NCBI RefSeq assembly: GCF_018977255.1
Contig: NW_024704742.1
Coordinates: 88,600,001 to 88,664,000, forward strand
DNA length: 64,000 nt
DNA from: Callorhinchus milii
Taxonomy: Eukaryota
Reading direction: 5' to 3'
Shown: piece by piece, positions 1 to 13,092 of the stretch
Position numbering within the stretch: position 1 is the first letter of the stretch
Layout of the letters: each line of letters starts with the position of its first letter
Position numbers and translations under genes: made by a program
Notes under the pieces: generated by a model
Databases searched by the model: none
What the model was told of the DNA's origin: nothing
Seen by the model: only the letters and a program-made list of their open reading frames with translations

Positions 1-1089
1 GGTCAATTGATAGCCCCAGTACATCAATGTGCACCAACAATAATTATTTCAAGAAACTTAGTTAATGGGTTATAATTTCAGACGCTATTTTGCTGACAAG
101 TTGCTCTTTTGTTGACCATACTCAGACAGTTAGATAGTTTGCTGTTTCATAGTCTTATTGATGGCTCTGCATTCATTAATCTCTGAGGGTAATAATATCT
201 TCAAAATAATAATAATTTGATTACTTAATCCATGACTGTTTCATTTAATCCCTGACTGTTTGTGGGACATTGCTGTGCGCAATTGGCTGCTGCATTTCGC
301 CCACAAGACATACAGTCACAACACTTTACAGTATATTCTTTTAAGCGCTTTGAGACATCCAGAAGATGTGATAAGGCACCGTATCAAATGCAAGGATTAT
401 TATTATTGTTGTGCAACAAGCTGTGTGCAGCATCTTGAGTAATCCAAGCAATGGAATTTATGCTTTAATGCACCAAATATATCCTTGATCATAGTTCTCA
501 TGTACATATGAAACGTATTTTGTGCCACTTCCGTATCCATTTAGGATTTTACAATTGAATCATTAACTATAGTGCATAAACTAACCCCATATCACCAATG
601 ATTCACTCTTAAAGTCTTCCTCAGTCTTGAACCTCATTTGAAACACATGGAGCACATGAAATACATAAACCATGTGTGGCACCAGAGTGGCTATTGACAT
701 GCAGATTGTTTTTCATCTTCTTCCCATATCACCTGGATAAGCATTGAGTAAATGTATTTTCTGTTCATGTATGCCATTAGATTGCAAGTTGATGCATGAA
801 TTGCAACATGTGAGCAGTCCATGACTCCTCATACTTCTAGATATCTAGAAGGATTGTGTTGACTATCTACTTGATCATGGATTTCCAGTTAATTTAACTA
901 TCTGTATGTTTTATTACAAAGGATATCGGTAAAATGTTCAATGATCATGGACATGGCAAACTGGTTTTACCTACACCACTTGTGTGAGTCTTGGAAGGAA
1001 CAGAATGCATAAAGATTGAGTATCAGAAACCTTTATACAACAACTAGAACTGCCTCTGAGATGCTCAGAGGCAGTTCTGTTTGTTCCTT

Positions 1090-1472
1090 ACATTTGGTAT
1101 AGCATCTTTCAGGTTGGGTGGATATCCCATGTAAAGTGTAGTGACTGTGTTTTGTGGGCAAACACTGCAGTCAATTTGCGCACTATAAACAGCCATGAAA
1201 TGAATGACCGATTTTATTATGAGGCACTGGGAGAAACTCCCTTCTCTTTTTGAATAGTGCTATGGGATCTTTAATGTCGACCTGAACAGGCAAACATGGC
1301 CTCAGTTTAACGTCTCATCCGAAGGACAGCACCTGCCACATTGCAGCATACCCCAAGCACTGCATCGGAGTCTCAGACTAGAATATGAGTTCAAAGACCT
1401 GATGTGGGGTTTGAACTTACAGAACCTCCGACTCCCAGAGGCAAGAGTGCTACCAACCTAGCCTGGCTGACA
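1090..1472 (-). mobile_element. Deu-domain SINE
   Basis: GGGATCTTTAATGTC...CCTCAGTTTAACGTCTCATCCGAAGGACAGCACC on +, followed by the reverse-complement tRNA head. Other copies at about 7670-7845, 30060-30290, 53765-53980, 59760-60125, 60480-60730. Confidence 0.7.
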
Positions 1473-4400
1473 CAGGTTCATCATTGATAATGTTTCAAAA
1501 CTGATTAATCACTTCCTTTGGAAGTCCCAAGTGGCTTGAGATTAGATTGTCTTTATGTTCAAATATATGTTCTCTGACAGAACAGTCGTCTCTCTGGTTA
1601 ATTCCTGCAGTTAACTTCTGTTTAGCCTTCATTATGATTCTTGTTACAGCTGTTAGTCTTCCTCCAAGTGAAAATAATCTTCAATCGCTGCTGAATGCAT
1701 AATTGTTGTGTGTGCTTGTCCTACACAAAGCATTTAGGAATCAAACTTAGTCCTTCGTATCCATAACATAAATCACACAATAATTATTTCAAATAGTAAA
1801 GCCAGCTATTCTAAAGTAAATCAGGAGTTTTTTGTTGCTTACCTTCATTGCTCTATATCCAATCTTGTTACGTCCTTGATAAGCAACTGCTTAAGCGTAT
1901 TGTGAAATTAGCCAATTTATGCTACAGAATTTTAACTAGTAATTTGTTTTTGTTCATTTTCATTAATTTTTTTCATTTTCATGTCTTCACTACTGCATTT
2001 TAGAGCTGCTATATAGTGTGAAATTAAGAACATTTTAGAACTAACATTTAAAATTCTGTATGTTCTAATATTTTATGGACAGCAGATGTTACCCCCAAGT
2101 GTAATTATAACCCCCTCCCCCATATCAAAGATTTTTTGCTTATGGTATATTTAAAGGAACACTATTTTCGTGGAAATGATTTGTATGTTTGTGTCCTGTT
2201 TGCAAGCAAATGAAATAAAGATTGACAATTCTTTTTCATAATGACAATGTCCCCTCAAAATATGATAATTTCAAAGCTACAGTTCTTATAAATAATTTGA
2301 ACTTTAGCTGATCATACCCAATTTCACTAAAGGAGAAATATGTTGCATCTTTTTTTCACATTATCACATAACTATTGATAGGTTCATTTTGCTGTGTATC
2401 TAGTATATTAATAATAATAATCCTTGCATTTGATATAGCGCTTTACTTGTGCAATTCTAGAAGGGCATCATGGTAGAAATAGCAGAAAAATAGCAGACTA
2501 CATTTACACTCTGAGATGGAGCATTATCAATATAAACATTGAAAGGAAAAACACATTTGCACTGATATCTGATCCCTCGGTGTGTAAAAGTGTCTTTGTT
2601 TTTCTAATTCATCTATGTACATTAACTTGTGCTCTGCTCTGAACCACAACAAAGGCGGGCAGAAAATGTATTGTTTTGTGTGTGGGAATTAATTTAATAT
2701 TCATAGCCTATTACTCGCTGCCAGTAAAATAAATGTGCTGCATCAACAGAATTATTAACAGAAAACATATCAAAGTAATCTAGAAAGCCTGAAGTTGCAT
2801 TTACAATGATTTTTTTTAACAATGAAGAGCAGCTAAACAATGATGCAAACATTTAAAAATACAAGAATAAAGATAAAGGAATGATGAAATGAATAAAGAG
2901 TTATATTACTCTATAGAACTAATATATCATGCCTTGAGCTAAGTAAATAGTCTTTAAGAAGATTGAGCATTTACTGAAGCACATAGATAGTATGAGATGA
3001 CAGAGGGGTTCCTTATTGTGACTGTGAAGGTTACAATTTTGCAGAATGTTTTTTTCTTTACAAAAGTTCATTCTACCCATAAGATGGTAGTGTGTATATT
3101 GGCCATCTACATTTTGGAATTGATGCACTGTGCAGATACAAAAGCTGGTGAAATCTGCTGTGCCTCAAGCAATTCTTCCCATACACTTCCTATTTCCTAG
3201 AAAATAGAGCAACACAGGGTACTCAAACTGAATCAGGAACATGCTTGCTTAAGTAAGTCTTTACTTGCCGGAAACTAATTTAAATCCACCCTTTACAATT
3301 AAAACAACAAATGAAAGATAAACAAAGTCAATTGCTCAGCTTTTCATGGAATCACAAAATGTTACATATAGAAATGAGCCATTTAGCCTACCATGTCTGC
3401 AGAACCATTTTTCTCTATGAGTCACATCTACATAAGTCACTTAATCCTACCCACTCTCTTGCTCAGTCAACATACATTTTAATTTTCCTTTGTCAAGTAT
3501 CTAATTCATTTAAAAGCATTTCTCCATTATTGCTGTACCTGAGAATTCCACATCCCACCTCCCACTATCTGTTAGTCAAATCTAATGTTTGCCAATAAAA
3601 GCATTGAAAATGAGTAACTGATATAATACATATATAATGTTTGAGATAAGATGGATATATTTTCTACTGAGCTTTTCAGAAGGCCAGCTCAGTTTTGAAG
3701 CTAAACCTGGGATTGCATTTTTTTTAGTTGGATGTCTTAATGGTGAAACATATTTTTCTATAAGATTTTAATTTTGTTCTTTCACACACTTGGATCTTAA
3801 TAGGGTTTGTTTGTAAACTTATGCCGCATAGCAAAATTAAATGAAAGTAATGAAACTTATTTTAATAGTGTTTTGCAGAGTAAATAAAAGGAAGGAAAAT
3901 GAATGTAAAAACAATGCTGGTATGCATAAACTCAAAATACATTAAAAACTGGAATTTATTGCAACTTAGAATATGTCTTGTGGAAAATTTCAGTTCTAAA
4001 ATAAATGAATGTTAATAAGTTAAGTTTGGATTTCTTTAAATTGGAACTCAATATCTGATATTGGCGTTCACTAATGGGTTTGTTTTCTTTGGACATCTCG
4101 CAGAAGGTGCAACATTTGGCATTTATTTACTAAAGTGAATGCCAACTCTTGGAACAGGGCAAATTTTTATCTCAATTTACTGCTAAGGTGGCTGACAAGC
4201 TTTATCATCTTTTCCTTGTCCTGGATGACTTGTCAATTGTCTAGGCTGCCACTGACTGATCCAAACTAACATTCTGGGTGAAAGGTATATGTCAACTTTA
4301 ACAACATTACATAATGCCAGAAGTGTCATCATAGCCATCTGTGCTAATATCACTGGAAATGAAGTCTATGGAAAAGGTTATATTTGTAGTTGACTAGAGG

Positions 4401-4911
4401 ATATGATGGTACAGTAAAGTCAATTCACTTTACAATATATTCACAGTATATTCTATGAAGGGCTTTGAGACGTCTCAATGACATTATAAGGCGCTATATC
4501 AAATGCAAGAATTATTATATTCCAGTAATACTGTATATCATTGTTAATATTTTGTATCTTTTCTATGGTATGCCTTTTGACAGGAACACAATCTGTTTTT
4601 ATGGATATTTTTTCCAAACTTATTATCTCTGGGTCATTACAACCATCAATATGATTTCTGAGGAGATTCTAAAAGATATGGACAGAAACAACATTGCCAA
4701 TGTGTCTCTCATGCAAATGTATCCTCAACACAGATAAGAGAGACATGCATACATAGCTTCACTTCCCCCATCACAATTCAACAGTATAAATGGGGGCGAA
4801 TGTAAGCCCAACTATCAAGAGATGTACTTATGAATAGTATGCAACATGGGTTGAACCATGTGTAAGGAAATAAGTATAACGTAAAAATGTTGCATTTTCA
4901 TGTGGTCAATT

Positions 4912-5035
4912 CATAGAATTATACAACACACAAGGGGGCAATTTGACCCATCGTGCCTGTGCTGACTCTTTGAAAGAGCTATCCAAATTAATCCCACTCC
5001 CCCGCTCTCTCCCCATAGCCTTGCAAATTTGTCCT
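4912..5035 (-). mobile_element. CR1-type LINE 3' end fragment
   Basis: catagaattatacaacacacaagggggcaatttgacccatcgtgcctgtgctg resembles the CR1 3' UTR; a related piece lies at about 51700-51930. Confidence 0.5.
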
Positions 5036-6990
5036 CCCCAGTTGTAACATCACTAATCAATTTTTGTGCTTTGTATCTCTGCAGTCTGGTAAAGGCTAAG
5101 CAGAAATTTAAGAAATCATCCATTGTCATTGTGACTGATGTATATCAGAAAACAATTGTACCAATAGTCAGCAAAGTATACAAGGGTAAATTTTGTTCTG
5201 TTTTGAACCATTGCAATGGATCTTAGATTTGCACAATATATAAAATAATAATATTAAATTATATGGAGAAAAGATGGGGAATGGGTTTGAGTAGAATCCT
5301 GCAGGAGCTCAAAATATGACTCACATAAGAGGCCTAGTGGTCTCCTATGCAGTATGTGCTCTAAAAAAAACTAAACATTTGTTTGTATTTTTGGAAAAAC
5401 AATTAATTCTGTCTTTCTAATAATTATAATAATTGTTGCATTTGATATAGCGCCTTATCACGTCATCATGACATCTCAAAGCACTTCACAGAATATATTT
5501 CAAAATGAATTGCCTAAATATTTTTTGGACAAAAGGCGACGGCCATTTACACACAGCAATGCTCCACACAGTCATGGATTGAATGACCTTATTATTTATA
5601 TGAAGGGATTATTATCCATTGAAAGCGATCCGCCAATTGACTAACAACTGGGTTCCTACTTACTGTTAGGTAAACAGAGGCATGTGGAGTAAGGAAACTT
5701 GCCCAAGGTTTCCTTACTCCAAACTGGAGTCCTGTAGAGCACTGCTTAGAGTGAATGTCTTTACAAACTGTACAGCTGCTAACCCTTTCCTAAATAGATA
5801 TTTTATTCTCCTCCAATCTTACCCTTCCTTCTCCCCCAAATGGTCTTTAATTCACTTTCCATTCTCCTAATCTATGATTCTATGAGCATGAGGTGCCCTC
5901 TCGTACTTCACACATGGCCATAATTCATGTATGAGCCATGATAGTAAGTGTTGGAAGGCTATTCAACCAAGGGAGCACAGAAGTGTACCTTGCAACAAGA
6001 ATCTTCAAATAGGAATCAGCAGCTCCATTTTTGGCCAATTTTCCTCTCCCTCAGAAGATTAATAATTCAAACCAATTTGAACTAGGCTTGAAACATTAAT
6101 CTTCTGGGCTCTATAATTCATTGATGCATAGGCTGCCCTTGGAGAGTTAGCCTAGTCTATGAAACCAAGTTTGAACCCACAACCTTCTTGCCCTGAGGCA
6201 AGACAGCTAACCTGCATTTCCATAAAAACAATCCTTGTTCCACCCTGGGAGAAAGCAGGAAGAAACATTACTGAAAGATTCCCCTCTTTTGATTTTTTCA
6301 CAGCTGGAAACAAATATTGGTCATTGTTCTACAATATACATACAGAATGTTTAAATTCTACTTAAAATGTTATCAATGTCTGTATTGTGGATTAAAAGTA
6401 ATCTGTATTCATTACAAAATTAACTGCTTACAATTTAGACATAGCAAATACTGGACAGTTATGGATCAGCTCTCCATAAAGGATTATTATTACAAAAGTT
6501 ACCATTGTAACATATTTGCATATCCTGTATTCACATATTATTGAAAACAGACTGCATGTCCACTTCAGTCACAATTTTACTGCAAATAGAGACACCACAA
6601 CACTTACTGAGTAAATATGGCTAAAGCAAGATTATTCTCATAAAAAATCATAAATTATACATATATATCCAGTATAGATAAATAGGCCAATGATAAATAT
6701 TGGTCAAAGTGATGTTTACAATTTGCCCACAAGCAAAATGCACCATTGAACATTCACAATGAACCATCCATTGAAAGAAGATTTATTACAATTCAGTGAA
6801 TGGTTTATTTGTTCCTAAGTTGGTTAATATTACACATAGCTTCTACGGTAATGGATGAAAAACAAATTCGAAGATTTTATCTGTAGTAAAAAAAAGTATG
6901 AACTCTGATGAACTGAAATGGTTTGACCTTGCAAAGAAAAAATTGCAATAAATACATCATAACAATAATCAAATGGAAGTAATGTCTTAC

Positions 6991-7115
6991 AAAAGCCTGT
7001 GAGCATCTTCTCATCAATACTTCTCTATCCACTCCAGGGTATGTGGGAGTCAACTTGGGTTCAGGGAACAAGAAAGGTCTAGTGTTTTCTTCATAGATGG
7101 CTAATGGTTCATCAC
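6991..7115 (-). CDS. SPATA6L: SPATA6L-like exon 5: (G)DEPLAIYEENTRPFLFPEPKLTPTYPGVDREVLMRRCSQAF
   Basis: ttatag|GT GAT ... TTT|gtaaga; 125 nt, phase 1/0. YEENTRxFLFPEPKLTP...REVLM matches SPATA6L better than SPATA6 (recalled sequences). Later exons not located in the window. Confidence 0.85.
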
Positions 7116-7202
7116 CTATAATGGCAAAATTAGGAAAGAAAATGTCATTAGATCTTTTCGGCAGCCTTTTAGATTTTTGTTTTATAAACAAATACTTCAG
7201 GA

Positions 7203-7532
7203 ACAATAATAATAATTCTTGCATTTGATATAGTGTCTTATCATGTTTTCGAGACATCTCAAATGCTTCACAGAATATACTGTAAAGTGAATTTACGGTA
7301 TATTTTGTGGGCAAACGCAGCAGACAATTGCGCACAACGAGTGACCAAATTAATGTATTTTTTTGAAGGAATTATTTCCCCCTGAAAAAGCGATCCGCTA
7401 ATTGACTAACAATTGGGTTCCTACTTACTGCTGGGTAAACAGAGGCGTGTGGAGTAAGGAAACGTGCCCAACGTTTCGCTCCGCCTGGGAATCAAACCCA
7501 GTTCTCTTGGTTGTGAGGTGAGTACTCTAACA
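7203..7532 (-). mobile_element. tRNA-derived SINE (same family)
   Basis: Reverse complement of head-body-tail. Further copies or tails at about 225-410, 4415-4517, 5420-5710, 15210-15390, 23345-23455, 29245-29340, 35985-36095, 42770-42880, 46010-46150. Confidence 0.85.
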
Positions 7533-8037
7533 ATGTTTCCTATTATTAAAAATGTATTGTTAAAAGTAGAACTATGAGAACAATTAAGTTACAATTTTAA
7601 AAGACCAGAAAGTCACAGGTTAGAAATCTGTGCTGAGCTAGCTGATCTCAATCAGGGTAAAGCTTGTCCCACAAACAGCCATGAAATGAATGATCAATTT
7701 TATCTGAAAATGGAGACATTCTGAGAAGGGAGACACTTCCTTCTTTTTCGAATGGTAGTAAGGGATCTTTAAAATCCACCCAAACAGGCAAACGGGACCT
7801 CAGTTTAACAATTCATCTGAAAGAAAGCACTTCTGACAATGCAGGTAACTCTATCTAAGAAAGAGAGAAATCAGCCAAGGTTTCCAATATTGTCCTGAGG
7901 CATTTCTGGAAGGTGAGGATGTTTGGAGGTTGGGTGAGGACAGAATCAGTTGTAATGTCCCCTGTAGTTAAATTGCCTACTAACACTTAATGTTGAAGGG
8001 CACGTGTAAACAATGATCAAATGGGTGAAGGATAGAG

Positions 8038-8495
8038 CAGTGGTTTCTAAACTTTCTGGGCTCAAGCCTCCCATGACATTAAGCATGCTGATTGTGAACC
8101 CTCACATAATAAATCCAGAGAAATTGAGTACCTTACTTTAATTGCAAACAACATTTTAAAAGAATGAAAAACATAAATGGAAAGTAATGCTTACAGTGTT
8201 AATGTAGATGTAATGTAATCTGAAATAAAAACAGAAGTCGCTGGGAATACGCAGCAGGTCAGACAGCACCTGGAGAGAGGAAATGAGTTAACGTTTCAGA
8301 TCAATAACTGTCAGTTATCGTCAGTTCTGATGAAAGGTTATCAACCTGAAACGTTAACTAATTTTCCTCTCTCCGTAGATGCTGCCTGACCTGCTGCATG
8401 TTCCCAGCCACTTTTGTTTTTATTTAACAACAAACCATCTCGTGCCCCCTCTCCCCCCTCCCCAGGGGTCCACAGACCCCAGTTTAGGAACCCCG
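8038..8495. mobile_element. hAT-like MITE containing a palindromic insertion
   Basis: Imperfect TIRs CAGTGGTTTCTAAACT ... AGTTTAGGAACCCCG of hAT/Charlie type. Confidence 0.5.
8223..8425. mobile_element. Fold-back (palindromic) element with hammerhead-like core, probably Penelope-derived
   Basis: About 85-nt inverted arms; CTGATGA...stem...GAAACGTT core at 8327-8355. Confidence 0.6.
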
Positions 8496-9204
8496 GGGGG
8501 GGCGAGGATACCTGGAACCTAGGAAACTGTACCTCATGGAGGAAAAAGCAGATAAATGTCTTAAGAGAAGAGGCAAAAGGAGAAAATGCTACTGTTGAAA
8601 TATATCTATAATTCTATTGTAAAACCAATATGCTTCAATGTAGTGACAAAGTACAAACCTTCCTGTAAAATATCTGCAACACTAGAATAATTACTATAAT
8701 TTTGCTATTGGAAACACATGTGGAACATGAAAGAATGAGTAAAATTCCATTTTATTACAGAATGATGTGTTAACATGATTTGTATGTGAAAGTGATGTTA
8801 TTTTGTTCTGTTTGTCGATTTACAAGTTACTGGCACTGAAAGGATACTTCACAAGGGTGCAGCTCTGGATTAGTCACCTTAATCAAAACCTCTACAGAGT
8901 GTTTGCAAATAGACTGCAGTAAGGAGAATAATTTTCATTTTCAAGTCTCAATTTTTTAACAAGCTCCTTGATATATTAGATCCATTTCTAATAAATGTTG
9001 CTTCTGGAAGCCAGGGAAACTGTTCACTACCAAGTAGCTGTTTCGTTTCAAGGGGGAAAACTGTAAATTTAAGTTACCTCTTGAACTGCCTGAAGCTCAA
9101 AGCTGCTTATGATGAACAATATATGACCATGTTTAACAAACCATTAAGAGCAATTAAATATATGAACAATTGGCTATTGTTAGCAAACTAATAAAAAAAA
9201 GTAC

Positions 9205-9246
9205 CTGTGGGAGTAAGGTGTAACAGTTCAAACTTAACAATGTCAC
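9205..9246 (-). CDS. SPATA6L: SPATA6L-like exon 4: (C)DIVKFELLHLTPT
   Basis: tgtattcag|GT GAC ... ACA G|gtactt; 42 nt, phase 1/1. Similar to SPATA6 YDTAVFELIQLVPP. Confidence 0.78.
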
Positions 9247-9517
9247 CTGAATACAAAGAGAAGAAAATCTGATTAGTACATTTTATAATTCACATAAAAA
9301 CGTAATATTCTTATTTTGAAAATCCAGAAACATTATCTTTATAGCATGAATAAAATCCCCTCCCTTTTAACTGAGTACCCATTGCCTATGTCTTGTGTAT
9401 ACCAAACATTATTGTAAGTAGAAAGAAATTCAACATTTTCCATTTAAATTGTAAATTATTTTGCATAAACTAAATCATACTCTGCCATTAATAAAAATAT
9501 TGTGCTTTGGTACTTAC

Positions 9518-9569
9518 ATTCTAAGAACTCAGCAACATCAGCGGGGTCAATAATGTCTTTCCCAAACAC
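9518..9569 (-). CDS. SPATA6L: SPATA6L-like exon 3: VFGKDIIDPADVAEFLE
   Basis: ttttgcag|GTG ... GAA T|gtaagt; 52 nt, phase 0/1. Matches the VF...DP.D/AV...LE segment of the family. Confidence 0.82.
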
Positions 9570-9999
9570 CTGCAAAAGGGAATAGAAATGCATGAAATAG
9601 GGAACAAGGGGCTATGAATGCAGATGCAATAATGTTTTATTGATAAAGCACTGAATTACTGTAATGACCAAAACCAAATTTTATCCAATGACAAATATCA
9701 TCTTCCAGAAATATATGGTAAGGATTGTACAGATTCAAACAATTATGAACAAGTTTAATGAAAACACAATCCACGAGAGCACTTTTTAATCAAAGCACTC
9801 CCCCTAGCTATGGCAAAGACTGTATGCAATTGTAAATACTGTACATATTCTCCCTGTAACAAGGAACTTCAATTTTATGTTTATTCTCCTGGGACCTACC
9901 TCTCTAGTGATTTATGTTATTGTAAAGAACCAGGTATTTCCTAAAGGGGCTCTATTTAATTTAAGATTATTAAATATTAATGTTCAATAATACAGGCAT

Positions 10000-10370
10000 T
10001 CATCACCTCTAGGCTCAACTATACCAACTACCTGCTTGTCGACCTTCCCTACTCTTCCCTCCACAAGCTGCAGATCATCCAGAACTATGCAGCTCATGTC
10101 CACTCCCGCACCAGGCTCCGTGACTACATCAGCCCCACCCGTGCCAGTTCCATTAGCTCCCCATTCCCCAGAGGATAGAGTTCAAAATCCTCATGCTTGC
10201 CTTCAAGGCCCTCCACAGCTCTGTGACCTGTTAACCTCATATCAACTTGTCCGCTCCCTCCTCTCAGCAGGCTCTGGTCTTCTCCATGTCCCCCGCCTGG
10301 CCCGCTCCACCATTGGCGGCTGGGCCTGCAGCCTTTCTGCCCCCATCCTATAGAACTCCATCCCACATTT
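10000..10370 (+). mobile_element. L2 3' fragment
   Basis: Similar to 38025-38450 (ccacaagctgcagatcatccagaac...gaggatagagttcaaaatcct). Confidence 0.8.
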
Positions 10371-10519
10371 CTCTTTTTCCTTTCCTTTTTCCTTTACTAT
10401 GACTAGAAGTTTTTGAACTCTTCCTAGGCTATCTTTCCCCTTTATTTGTAATAAGCTCTCCGAGACATTGTGTGAAGGGCCAATAAATGCAAGTTGTTGC
10501 ATTTATTGTATTGCAAGGA

Positions 10520-13092
10520 GGGTAGAGAAGGGATTTCTAGAGTTAAAGGAAGACTGTTTTATGACTCAGTTTGTAAAAGAGCCAACAAGGGGAGATAACA
10601 TCTTGGATTCGATAATGAGCAACAGGGATGACCAAATCTCCAACATAAACATTAAGCAACAACGATCACAATGCAGTCATATTTGACATCACAAGAATTG
10701 ATGAGGTTATAGAAACCCAAACAAAACCGCCAAATTTCAAGAGGACTGACTTTGTGCGGTTGAGAAGTCTCGTCGGAGTGGGCCTGGCAGGCTTAAATAT
10801 GGCAATGGGAGTGGAGGACCTATGGAGTTCCTTCAAGGAGGTGATTATGAAGGCAATGGAACAATGTGTACCCATGAGAAGCAAAGATACCAAGCTTAAA
10901 GGCATTCCTGCCTGGTTGGATGGGGTTACAAAGCAAATCATAAAAAGGAAAAAAAAAGCTTTTAAGACTATGAAGGAAAATGGCACGGAAATGAGTCAGA
11001 TTCAATACCAGAAGGCATAACAAAAAATTTTTGAATTGTAAATGGCAAGAGATGTGAAGGATAATGATAACAAAAAGTTTTTTTTAGTTACAATAAGAGT
11101 CGGCTCCATGTCTCCCGCCCGACCCACCCTACCATCGTCGGCCGGGCTTTCAGCCCCCACTCTGGAACTCCATCCCACAATCCCTTCCCTCATTCAAGAC
11201 CGGTCTCAAGACCCTCCTCTTCGATCGTGCCTTTGGTCACCCTCCCACCTCTGCCTTCCCTCACCCCTACACCACCCCTCCGTTATGCTCGGACCCCGAT
11301 ACCTGACTGTTCAGTGCTTTGGGACATCCTCCCGATGTGAAAGGCGCTCTACAAATGCAATTTTGTTGTTGTTTTTGTAGAAGAAAAACAAGCAATGGAA
11401 TAGGGCCACTGAAGGTGGGTTTGGGAGAGAACATGACAAATAATGCTGCACAGGTTGCAATAGTGCTAAATAAGATTTTTGCATCAGTCTTTATCTGGGA
11501 GTAACCTATCTGATCTGGAAAGAGAACTCAAGGATGTCACAGAGAATAGTTGCGACACTATTCATATCACTATCAGCATGGTTGCCAAACAGCTGTGTAA
11601 ACTTAAGGTAAATAAATCCCAGGTGCCGGATAAATTGCATCCAAGGATTCTCAAGGAACTAAGGGAAAAAGTCGCAGAAACAATGGGACAAATCTTTCAA
11701 AAATCATTGAATACTGGAGAGGTGCCGAGGATTGGAGAAAGGCAGATGTTACTCCTATTTTTAAAGAAAGGTAACAAACCAGTAAGTTTAACGTCCATTG
11801 TGGGTTGAGATTCTTATTAAGGATAAAATCATGGAGCATCTGAACAGAAACAAAATCATAAATGATAGCCAATATTGGTTCATGAAGAGGAGGTCTTGCC
11901 AATGTAATTTACTGGTTTTCTTGACAGTGTGACAAGGGAGCTTGATAAGGGTAAGGCTGTAGATGTTGTATATCTGAACTTCAGTAAAGCCTTTGATACA
12001 GTTCCTCTTCAGAAGCTGGCACAGAAAGTTAAGAAAACGGGAATCAGTGGAAGTATATTACAATGGATACACAACTGGTTGACCGGAAGAACCCAGAGGG
12101 TGGTGATCTAGGGAATGTCATCAGACTGGGAAAATGTTACTAGTGGAGTTCTACAAGGGTCTGTTTTGTGACCTTTTTTGTTTAATATTTGTATAAATTA
12201 TCTGGAAATAGGAGTCGCAAGCACAGTGGCTAAGTTTGCAGATGACACCAAGCTAATGAAGGTGGTAGATTGCAAAGCTGAACAAGGTTACAGGAGGATT
12301 TGAACACACTTGGGAATTGGGTAGATTGGTGACAGATGAAATTCAATGTGGAGAAATATAAAGTACTTCACATGGGGACAAAAAATCCTGGAAGGGACTG
12401 CTATTTGAACAGAAGGAAAATAATATGGATGAAAAATGAAAAAGACCTGAGGGTCCTGATTGACAATAAATTAAAGCTCTTCCAACAGTGCTCTGTGTCA
12501 GTCAGTAAAGCAAACCAGATGTTGGGATGTATCAAAAAATCAATAGCAAGCCAAAGTAATGAGGTAATCCAAAAAAGAATATTGGAGAAATCGAGCAGAT
12601 ACAGAGGAGGGCAACCAAAATGATTGAGGAAATGGAAGGACTGGACTATGAGGAGCGACTAAGTAAATTGGCCAAGTTCACTCTGGAAAAGAGAAGATTG
12701 AGAGGCGATATGATTGCTGTATGCAAGATTCTAAAGGGGCAAGACAATATAGTTCATGACAGGTTGCTTCATCTTGTCTAGAATAGTAAAACCAGTGGAC
12801 ACGGCCTGCGTTTGAAGGGGGTAAATTCAGAACGAATCTACGCAAACATTATTTCAGTGAGCGAATAGTGAACCTGTGGAACAGGCTCCCGAGGGAGACT
12901 GTTGAAGCAGGAATTGTTGATTCTTTCAAACACAGACTAGACAGCTTTCTTTTAGGAAATAACATTATGGAATATAGTACATAGGTAGTTTGGGACATAT
13001 GTGCATGCAGCCGCCAGGAAGGTGGAAGGTGAACTAGATGGACCTTGGTCTTTTTTCGTCTAGCATTTTTTATGTTCTTATAAGTTCTTATG
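10520..13092 (+). mobile_element. Degraded CR1-clade LINE (ORF2 linker + RT + 3' tail)
   Basis: Frameshifted ORF2 motifs: QFVKEPTRGDNILD, PDKLHPRILKEL, PVSLTS, VDVVYLNFSKAFDTVP, KFADDTKL, MKFNVEK; (TTATGTTC)-like tail at about 13070-13090. Confidence 0.92.
11100..11378 (+). mobile_element. L2 3' end nested inside the CR1 copy
   Basis: C-rich L2 3' segment ending in GGGACATCCTCCCGATGTGAAAGGCGCT...GTTGTTG, flanked on both sides by A/G-rich CR1 ORF2 sequence. Confidence 0.85.

Noticed and set aside
3900..3997. Minus-strand LKFSTRHILSC as a possible SPATA6L exon 6 (cf. IEFSTRTAIREC)
   Set aside because: The adjacent acceptor gives the wrong phase for exon 5 (phase 0), the expected GIxPK start is missing, and no good donor follows.
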